Part shown: one piece after another, positions 26,925 through 36,346 of the stretch
Layout: every line of letters starts with the position of its first letter
Numbering within the stretch: the stretch's first letter is position 1
From: Octopus sinensis
Taxonomy: Eukaryota
NCBI RefSeq assembly: GCF_006345805.1
Contig: NC_042997.1
Span: forward strand, 190,588,001-190,652,000
Length of the DNA: 64,000 bases
Direction: 5' to 3'
The notes under the pieces: generated by a model
The model's database searches: none
Told to the model about the DNA's origin: nothing
Seen by the model: only the letters and a program-made list of their open reading frames with translations
Translations under genes and position numbers: made by a program

Positions 26925-26979
26925 GTTCACTATAAAATTATTTTAGCATTTTCTATTTTTGACTTGTTTTTTCATATAT

Positions 26980-27016
<37 letters not shown>

Positions 27017-27359
27017 CTTTATACGTATGTATGTATATGTATACATGTGTGTGTAAATCTATATATGTAGATATATATATATTTATTTATTTATATATAT
27101 ACATATGTACGTAAATATATATATATATATATATATGTGTATGCATATATGTAAGTGTGTACTTTACATATATACAGATATGTGTGTGTGTATGTGTGTG
27201 TGTATGTGTGTGTGTTTATGTGTGTCTTTCCAAAATGTATACATAGTTTAACAGTTCATAGCTAACTTAGTCTTTATATATTTTTATAGATTTAACCCAT
27301 TAGAAGCAACGGAGAAAGCCAAAAACTTTGAACAAAGAAACAATTTTTTTTTTAAAGTG

Positions 27360-28390
27360 CATTGAAAATGCAAATACAGTTTGACGGTTTAGGATGGAGC
27401 TTCAACCACATCTATGTACGTAATTTACCGTCAACTGAATTAGAGAGAACAAATTACCAGAGGTTCAAGAAAATCTGTGCCGTAAACGAGTCATATGCTA
27501 AAGATCGCAAAATCAAGCGTCCATTGCATTTTGAAGCGCTTCATTGGAGAAGTTACATTTCGAGAATAATTCATTTGTCTCAATGAAGATTATCTGGATC
27601 GAAAAAGGATGTTTTGCGAGTGGTACTGAACAAGATGTGCAGAAGATGCACACTTTCTAACACAGATTGTTTTGGAGCGATGAGGCTACATTTAAACTGA
27701 ATCTCTGCGGGCAGTATAAACTGAATTATATACTGTGGGCATGAAAATATCACAGACCTGCAAATACGTATATTACTAAGTAAAATCATGTTTATTTAAC
27801 ATGAGTTACATTACGGAGCAACTTATCATAAAGAGGATTAATTTGAACCAGTCCGTTTGGTAGGGAGACTGATCGTATTTTCTTGAACTGACTACAACAG
27901 TCTGTCCTGCCAAGCAATGAAGAGGGCTTTGGCAATGTGGAGATTTATTTCCAGAAATGGGACAGCCCCTCACTAACAGCAATATAAAAGCCTACACTGA
28001 TGAGATTTCACCAAACAAGCAGATTGGACTATAAGGTCCAACACAAGGTCCTCCGCTTTCACCGGAACTCACACCATGAGACTTCAGTTAGAGGAGATAC
28101 CTCACATCAAGGGACGATATGAAACCGGCAACAATCAACGCATTGATGGCAGGCACCGAAGAGCAATATGTACAAATGCTAAAAGAAATGTTTCTTGGTG
28201 TTTGCAATGCTATTCCTTTGCGTTATAAGCAAACATTGGACCAGAACAATCACCAGTTTTAAAGTAGACGTTCATAAACAATAAAATAAAATTCTGTCTG
28301 AAGATTTCATTTAATTTTCAAAATGAAATGTACTTTAATAAAACAGAATTTATACTAATTCAATGTATATATACAATTTTGGGGATAAAC

Positions 28391-28395
<5 letters not shown>
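27360..28395 (+). mobile_element. Decayed IS630-Tc1-mariner transposon
   Basis: Frame-hopping translation gives LHWRSYI.R.IH..NED..DR..FCEW, WSDEATFKLN, YFQ.DG..PH, PP.SP.LTP.DF and MFLGVCNAIPLRYKQTLDQNNHQF. Confidence 0.8.
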
Positions 28396-28428
<33 letters not shown>

Positions 28429-28533
28429 TGTATATACATATATAGAGAGACATAAACCGAATTTATAGTAATTCAATGTGCATATACACTTTGTTTGGGG
28501 ACAAACTATATTTATATATATATATATATATAT

Positions 28534-28572
<39 letters not shown>

Positions 28573-28587
28573 TTTGTATATATATAT

Positions 28588-29003
28588 ACTCTTTTACTTG
28601 TTTCAGTCATTTGACTGTGGCCATGCTGGAGTACCGCCTTTAGTACCGAGCAAAGCGACCCAATGACTTATTCTTTGTAAGCCTAGTACTTATTCTATCG
28701 GTGTCTTTTGCCGAACCGCTAAGTTACGGGGACGTAAACACACCAGCATCGATTGTGAAGCAATGTTGGGGGAGGGGACAAATACAGACACACAAACATA
28801 CACACACACACATATATATATATATATATTTCATATATATATACATATATACGACGGGATTCTTTCAGTTTCCGTCTACCAAGTCCACTCACAAGGCTTT
28901 GGTTGGCCCAAGGCTATAGTAGAAGACACTTGCCCAAAGTGCTACGCAGTGGAACTGAACGTGGAACCATGTGGTTCGTAAGCAAGCTACTTACCACACA
29001 ACC
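28588..29003 (-). mobile_element. SINE family 1
   Basis: Full homology to the family consensus. Confidence 0.88.
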
Positions 29004-29464
29004 AATCATACCCTACTCCATAAATATATATATATATATATATATTAAAGGAAACGTATTTAAAGATCGAGGCATATTAATTCAATCGTCTGTTTGTATT
29101 TTATACACACACATACATACGCAGGCCAAACACACACACATACACATACACACATATATAGGTTCAAACACTCCGAAGAAAATAGTACACAAGACCAAGT
29201 GAAAAGAGTGTAATTTTTTGTCTAACGCTCAATGTAAGATGAAGATATTGATGTTTCAAGCTTTAGCTCTCTTTCAGCAAGCAGAAAGCTAGTTAGAAGA
29301 AGGAAGAAGCGTAGATGAAGGAACCATAAACATGAATTGCATAAAGAATATATATTGTTTCAGTGTCCAGTCACCTTGAATGCCGCGGAGTTCGAATGAA
29401 CGGGAGTGTCGCAGAAGGGTTTTTTTTATATGCGTAAGAGCACCATCGATATAATTGTGTATGC

Positions 29465-29484
29465 ACTCGCGCGCGCGTGCGTGC

Positions 29485-29576
<92 letters not shown>

Positions 29577-29577
29577 G

Positions 29578-29637
<60 letters not shown>

Positions 29638-29650
29638 TCCGTCCGTCCGT
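29465..29650. repeat. (TG)n followed by (CGTG)n microsatellite
   Basis: Direct inspection. Confidence 0.95.
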
Positions 29651-29744
29651 CCACCTGTTGTTTCTCTTTGTGATCTGTGAATCAAATACATGGAACAGAA
29701 CATATTGGTGTCTAATCATGGTGTGATATAAGGTAGAAAAAAAA

Positions 29745-30142
29745 GGCGGCGAACTAGCAGAAACGTTAGCGCGAAATGTTTAGCGGTATTTCGTCTGCCG
29801 TTACGTTCTGAGTTCAAATTCCACCGAGGTCGACTTTGCCTTTCATCCTTTCGGGGTCGATAAATTAAGTACCAGTTACGCACTGGGATCGATGTATTCG
29901 ACTTAATCCTTTTGTTTGTCCTCTCTGTGTTTATCCCCTTGTGGGTAGTGAAGAAATAGGTATTTCGTCCGTCCTTATGTTCTGAGTTCAAACTCCGCCG
30001 AGGTCAACTTTGCCTTTCATCTTTTCGGGGTCGATTAAATAAAGTACCAGTTTCGCAATGTGGTCGATGTAATCGACTTGATCCCTTTGTCTGTCCTTGT
30101 TTGTCCCCTCTATGTTTAGCCCCTTGTGGGCAGTAAAGAAAT
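29745..30142 (+). mobile_element. SINE family 3 dimer with 15 bp TSD
   Basis: TSD ATATAAGGTAGAAAA at 29726-29740 and 30143-30157; internal junction tail|GGTATTTC at 29959. Confidence 0.9.
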
Positions 30143-31010
30143 ATATAAGGTAGAAAACATAAGATATATAAAGGGAGAGAAACGGAAGTTTTAAAAATAT
30201 TGGTGAGGAAGAGTTGGATTTAAACAGTGCAGAAATGATATAAAAATACAAGAAATATAAGAAGCGTAAAATTGGTCGGAAAGACTACAGAAACCCAACC
30301 AGAATAATAATAAAAGAATAAATGAATGAAATGGATTTATAACGAGTTAATGTTCATGGGAAGAGATATAATGAGGAAATGAAAACAGGTATAAAGGAGA
30401 TTAAATGTAAAAGAAACGAGATCAATGTAGAGAAAGAGAGATAAAGAGAATATGTAAAGTGGAGAGAAAGTGGGGGTGATATAAAAAGAGAAGGCTGGAA
30501 ATGGAAAGTTGATATGATAAAAGGGTTAAAACAAAGATGAAGATATTTTTTTTTCTGTAATGTGTGAAAAAAACCAGTGTATGAAATTCAAAAAGAGTAT
30601 AAAGATGAATTCTGTATGGCATTTGTTATCATAGGAAAAAAAAAAGTTTTGTTTAATAAATATATAAACAGAAATTGATCATATGCCAAAAGAAAACTTT
30701 CTTTGTGGTGTATATATTTTCCTGTATACATCAAATGATATATGATCTTATTAATTTGTGAAATAAAACTATCCTATCGCTCTAGCCGTATAGCTGCCTA
30801 CCTGATTAAATATACACGCGCGCGCGCACACACACATGCAAACATATATATAAATATTATCGACCATATATACTTAACGTATATGCTTTATTTATTTTTG
30901 AATGGACAGGTTTCAATCCAAATCACTACAATTGTTTCTGTACATTAGTACGAGCTGGAAATTGCTGGGTGTTTTACATTTTATACACAATTTTAAAATA
31001 TGATCCAACA

Positions 31011-31190
31011 AGGAGTGGCTGTGTGGCGGTAAGTAGCTCGCTTACCAAACACATGGTTCCGGGTTCAGTCCCATTGCGTGGCACCTTGGGCATGTGTCTT
31101 CTACTATAGCCTCGGGGCGATCAAAGCCTTGTGAGTGAATTTGGTAGACGAAAACTGAAAGAAACCCGTCGTATGTATGCATATATATGT
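31011..31190 (+). mobile_element. SINE family 1, 5' half
   Basis: Head AGGAGTGGCTGTGTGGCGGTAAG; truncated by the adjacent array. Confidence 0.8.
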
Positions 31191-31194
31191 GTGT

Positions 31195-31879
31195 GAGGTC
31201 GACTTTGCCTTTCATCCATTCAGGATCGATAAATTAAGTACGCACTGGGGTCGATATAATCGACTTAATCCGTTTGTCTGTCCTTGTTTTTCTCCTCTGT
31301 GTTTAGCCCCTTGTGGGTAGAAAAAGAAACAGGTATTTCGTCTGCCGCTACGTTCTGAGTTCAAATTCCGCCGAGGTCAACTTTGCTTTTCATCCTTTCG
31401 GGGTCGATTAAATAAGTACCAGTTACGCACTGAGTCGATATAATCTACTTAATCCGATTGTCTGTCCTTGTTTGTCCCCTCTGTGTTTAGCCCTTTGTGG
31501 GTAGTAAAGAAATAGGTATTTTGTCTGCCGTTACGTTCTGAGTTCAAATTCCGCCTAGGTCGACTTTGCTTTCATTCTTTCGGAGTCGATTAAATAAGTA
31601 CCAGTTACGCACTGGTGTCAATATAATCGACTTAATCCGTTTGTCTGTCCTTGTTTGTCCCCTGTGTTTAGCCCCTTGTGGGTAGTAAAGAAATAGGTAT
31701 TTCGTCTGCCGCTACGTTCTGAGTTCAAATTCCGCCGAGGTCGACTTTGCCTTTCATCCTTTCGGGGTCGATAAATTAAGTACCAGTTACGCACTGGTGT
31801 CAATGTAATCGGCTTAATTCCTTTGTCTGTCCTTGTTTGCCCCCTCTATGTTTAGCCCCTTGTGGGCAATAATGAAATA
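31195..31879 (+). mobile_element. Four-unit head-to-tail array of SINE family 3 (~183 bp period)
   Basis: GGTATT junctions at 31332, 31515 and 31696; last tail followed by AGAAACG at 31880. Confidence 0.92.
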
Positions 31880-32681
31880 AGAAACGTAACCTCTAGTTCT
31901 AGATCATTTTGTTTCGACCAAAGTGTTTTGGACGAATTCAGTATATTTCTATCAAATCTTTCTAAGCCTCTGTGTATGCGTGTGCGCGCCCGCGTGTTTG
32001 TGTGTGTGCGTGCGTATGTCTAATGTTATAAGGAGCACAAAATTGTATCTGACGCTGTCTTTTCACTTTAACATTTCTCAAACTACACACATGTTCTCAT
32101 TCGTTTCCTTCCCTGAATATTTTCCTGTCATTCTGCTTCCAGTTCTTCCTTATACATGTTATTTCGTCATTTTTTTTTTCCTTTTCATTTCATATTATGA
32201 CATATAATCCGTCTGTTGTTCACCGTCCACGTCTTCTCTTTGTATTTTGTTCACTTTCTTTTCACTAACATAAGTATCCTGCACATTCGGGTTCGGTCAT
32301 ATGGCTTCTACATCCGTTGATATTTCAATGCTCTCTTATCTCCTATGTTCTTCATTCATCCTTCGCTTGTATCGTCTCATTCTTTCTAGTATTTCATGTC
32401 TTCATTTCGATCTGAATTTGAAATAATCTTTCCTTTTTTTTTTTGCAAATGACAAATGAGTTTTTACAGCATATGTTTTCCAGTAATGCAAGAGCGTAAC
32501 TGATGAAACAAGCTAACAAGAGGCTGGAATACATTCCCTGCTGTCTTGCTGTGTGTTGTTCCATGCATGAATGTAAGAATGAATTAATCTAGAAAACGAT
32601 GATTCACACTCATACACACTTTTACAAACACCTAGATTGTTCACTATACTCTGCAAAGAACTTAACAAGTGGAGTGGAGTG

Positions 32682-32718
<37 letters not shown>

Positions 32719-33137
32719 CTTTCTTTATTGGCCATACAGAGCTAGACACAGAGGGAACAATTACAATGTAGAGTTTTCCTTTTCGAGGGGGGCGAAAAGA
32801 CAAAAAGGTGGGGTGGGGGCAACGATCAAAAGGGATCGAAATCGTTGGGTATATATGCAAAAAAAAAAGTCAAAATGGTATAAAAAGTTCCCAAGAAATG
32901 GAGAGGTTTATCTGTGGAAAGAAAAACCTACGAAAAGACCACTGTAACCGCGGGCAATAATGTCACATATTAACATTTTTATTTACAAATAAGTAACTCC
33001 CTATTTTAAAGTTTTACGTGTCATAGGATCATGCTCAAGGTGGCTTCGTCATTCATACGTGCCATCCTTGCTACATTCACCCATCTTTTTCTGAAACATT
33101 CGCTAGACAAAACTTCCCTCTCTACTCTCACCTTACT
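32719..33137 (-). mobile_element. 5'-truncated L1/Tx1-family LINE 3' end inserted in (GATA)n
   Basis: Minus strand encodes KRWVNVARMARMNDEATLSMIL* (compare QKRWKYVARVLCVQ of the full LINE); ends CCCTCTGTGTCTAGCTCTGTATGGCCAATAAAGAAAG; (GATA)n on both sides. Confidence 0.75.
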
Positions 33138-33327
33138 TATAGATAAATAGATAGATAGATAGGTAGGTAGATAGGTAGATGGGTAGATAGATAGACAGGC
33201 AGACAGACAGACGACCGGAAGGACGGATCGATCGATTGCTAAGATAGATTTAGATATAAATGAGTGTAAACATGTGTGTGAGTGTGTATGTATGCATATT
33301 GTATTTCTCTACCCTTTACAAGGGATA

Positions 33328-33507
33328 CAGGCGTAGCTGTGTGATAAGAAGCTTGCTCACCAACCACATAGTTTGGTTCAGTCCCACTGCGTAGCATCTT
33401 GGACAAATGTCTTCTACTATAGCCTCAGACCGAACAAAACTTTGTGAGTGGATTTGATGAACGGAAACTGAAAGAAGCCTGTCGTGTATATATACACACA
33501 CACACAC

Positions 33508-33554
<47 letters not shown>

Positions 33555-33760
33555 ATATATATGCAAATATTTATGTGTGTGTCTCTGCCTGCATTTGTAC
33601 CTTTATCGTCGCTTTGCAGCCGAATTTGGTGTGTTTACGTCCCTGTAACTTAGCAGTTCCGCAAAATAGTCAGATAGAATAAGTACTAAGCTTACAAAGA
33701 ATAACTCCGGGTGTCGATTTCTGCAACTAAAATTGCTTGATGTGATGAGAATACTGAAAT
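33328..33760 (+). mobile_element. SINE family 1 (diverged)
   Basis: Homology. Confidence 0.8.
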
Positions 33761-33778
33761 AAATATAAATAAATAAAA

Positions 33779-33811
<33 letters not shown>

Positions 33812-33812
<1 letters not shown>

Positions 33813-34190
33813 TTTACGTGTCTCGAGGTGCGCCGAAGATTTTTCTATTTTGGATATATTTGGGGTACTTAAGACTGCTCAAGACTTAGTGCTTGCTTTT
33901 TCCGTGGGTATGAGTAAGTATTTCATTTATATCTCGCGTATTTGCCGCTGAAGAGGGGAAAATTTCTTATGAATTAACCCCGAAATTGGACCAGTACGGT
34001 AATAACGACATTTTAAGAGATTTCTATGGGTTTGTTTCGAAACGCATAAATTATAATGGTTATCGACAATTTCTCTTCTGCCCTTATCTTGTAAATTATG
34101 TATAAATTTTACCTTTAAAGGAATTTTTTAATATGCTGGCCATTGATAAAAATTTTTTCCCGAAAAAATTTTTATCCTATATTAATTATA
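33812..34190 (+). mobile_element. Solo Penelope-like terminal repeat / retrozyme-like element in (TA)n
   Basis: About 380 bp non-coding unit between (TA)n tracts, containing a canonical hammerhead. Confidence 0.55.
33942..34002 (+). ncRNA. Type I hammerhead ribozyme, canonical C3:G8 core
   Basis: ttgccg CTGAAGA gggg-19 nt-cccc GAAA ttgg a ccag ta cggtaa: stem I 6 bp, stem II 4 bp, GUA triplet. Confidence 0.8.
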
Positions 34191-34844
34191 TATATATATA
34201 TATACATACGATATTAAGTACGGAAAAAGCATCATATTATTATTATTATTCATAATAGCTTTCTACATATCTCACTTACTGTGTATATACGAGCCAAACC
34301 TGCAAAACTACACTATTCGTCTCATATTGACATACAGAGCACTAAAGAATATCAGTCGCTGTCCATACGCCTCCAATAGAGTAGAGCAGTTACTAACTCT
34401 TGATTTCTGTGTCTTTGTACCTATTCAGTAGCAGATATTCACTATCAGCTGTATGCTGAGACAAATCTCGCTACTACTGGTGCACTTCTGTGCTTTTTAG
34501 CACTATACCACTATACGAGATGATTTCTCAAGATGAAAACTGCAGTTTTGTAGTATTCAGTACTAAGTCAGATATACAGAATACAACATACGATCTACAT
34601 CAATATACATACACGTATATCATTCACTTTATATTCCATCTCTTGTTTTATCTACTACAGTATATTTTGTTTTCTTCTCGGCCCGTGAAATGAACAGACA
34701 TCGGTCAATATAAAATGTTAGGCTGAAGTTTGGATGCCATTAAAATTTAATACTCCGTATTATTCATACAATTATTTGTTTCTCTTACCATCAATGTTAA
34801 TCTTCAATGAAAAACACAGAGTGAATCTTCAAATATTGCTTACC

Positions 34845-35050
34845 TGTTTACTTGCTTATAACTGTCCGTCATTGTTGACGACGACGATGTCCTCTAGGAT
34901 TCTTGTCCTACGTTTTGTGACTTGATATATGTCAAAACAGTCCGATCCTGGAATGGCATGTCCTCGAACACAGATGACAATGGAAGTTGCCCATCATGTT
35001 GTAGATAAATCTGAGATGACGTTGGCGTCTCTTTTCCTCATATATTGTTA
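34845..35050 (-). pseudogene. RTE-clade LINE 3' end
   Basis: Minus-strand FHCHLCSRTCHSRIGLF matches the RTE C-terminal C..C...C.SRIGL.SH motif, followed by a short 3' UTR and TAAG-like tail. Confidence 0.65.
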
Positions 35051-35460
35051 ATGGTAAGTCATATATGATGTTCCCTTTTCCCCATCACTTGAGGAGCAAG
35101 TTCTGATATCATTATATCGCATGAATACATTTTATATAGGATTACAATCACTAAAACTTAAAGCAAAAGTATTATCACACGTTTTTTATCATGTATTTTA
35201 CTTGTTCAGTCATTAAACTTCAGCCATGCTGCAGTAATCCCTTTAAGGGATTAATCGAACAAATGGCCCCAGTTTTATGTCTGATACTTACTCTATTGCT
35301 TTCTCTGACGAAGAGTAGGTTATAGGGAGATAACCAAAATCTATCCACCATTAAAAACTCGTTGTAGTGAGTGAACCATTATCCATTTGACGTTATTTGT
35401 CTTTATACACACACACATATACACACGACAGGCTTCCACGGAATTTCCATCTACCATATC

Positions 35461-35693
35461 TGTTTCTTTATTTCCTACAAGGAGCTAAACATAGAGGGGA
35501 CAAACAAGGACAGACAAAGGGATTAAGTCGATTACATCGACCCCAGTGCGTAACTGGTACTTAATTTATCGACGTTGGAAGGAGGAAAGGCAAAGTCGAC
35601 CTCGGCGGAATTTGAACTCAGAACGTAACGGCAGATGAAATACGGCTACGCATTTCGCCCGGCATCCTAACGGTTCTGCCAGCTCACCGCCTT
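35461..35693 (-). mobile_element. SINE family 3 with 17 bp TSD
   Basis: TSD ATTTCCATCTACCATAT at 35443-35459 and 35694-35710. Confidence 0.9.
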
Positions 35694-36132
35694 ATTTCCA
35701 TCTACCATATTAATTCACGAGACAATGGTCGGTTTGTGACTATAGTAGAACACACCTGCCCAGGGTGTTGCACAATAAGACCCAGCTCGAAACCAAGTGG
35801 CTTTTGTTATGCAAGTTTCTTAACTACGGAGCCATACCTCAAAATATAAGTAGATATTTATGTTATACAAATGCGGAACATTTTAGTCCCGTTTCCAATA
35901 TGATTTAAACATATTTCTTCAATATATAGGATTATGAACAATTTCTCGCTAGATGCTTTTCGTTAACAGTTTTAACGAATATATTTGTCAACTTGCAATA
36001 ATTCTTCCAGTTCTTTGTATTATTGGTTCAAATCACACTGCAGTCAACATTAACTTCCGACCCTCCACTATCAATAAATAAAGTATTCTTCAAGTACCGA
36101 GGTAATTCTTGCGCCTATCTCACTCACTAAAA

Positions 36133-36346
36133 TGCGGTGAGCTGGTAGAAACGTTAGCGCGCCGGGCGAAATGCTTAGCGGTATTTCGTCTGCTGCTACG
36201 TTCTGAGTTCAAATTGCCTTTCATCCTTTCGAGATCGATAAATAAAGTACCAGTTACGCACTGGGGTCGATGTAATCGACTTAATTCCTTTGTCTGTACT
36301 TGTTTGTCCCCTCTATGTTTAGCCCCTTGTGGGCAATAAAGAAATA
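36133..36346 (+). mobile_element. SINE family 3 with 17 bp TSD
   Basis: TSD TATCTCACTCACTAAAA at 36116-36132 and 36347-36363. Confidence 0.9.

Larger units (their letters stand above)
24570..26980 (+). mobile_element. Penelope-like element (RT plus GIY-YIG), 5'-truncated, with ~243 bp inverted terminal repeats, in (TA)n
   Basis: 24570-24812 is the near-identical reverse complement of 26739-26980; (TA)n on both flanks. Confidence 0.92.

Noticed and set aside
27292-27310. TTAACCC suggesting a piggyBac end
   Set aside because: The downstream coding remnant is ITm/mariner-type and no matching piggyBac right end was found.
29255-29285. Hammerhead-like CTGAAAGA-gagc/gctt-GAAA on the minus strand
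   Set aside because: The core has an extra base and stem I does not pair; at best a dead relic.
31195-31879. Regularly spaced repeats resembling a CRISPR array
   Set aside because: Whole units are repeated SINE bodies with no unique spacers or cas genes, in eukaryotic DNA.
34839-34850. Perfect minus-strand splice donor CAG|GTAAG
   Set aside because: Lies in the tail of the RTE LINE remnant; all frames upstream are closed.
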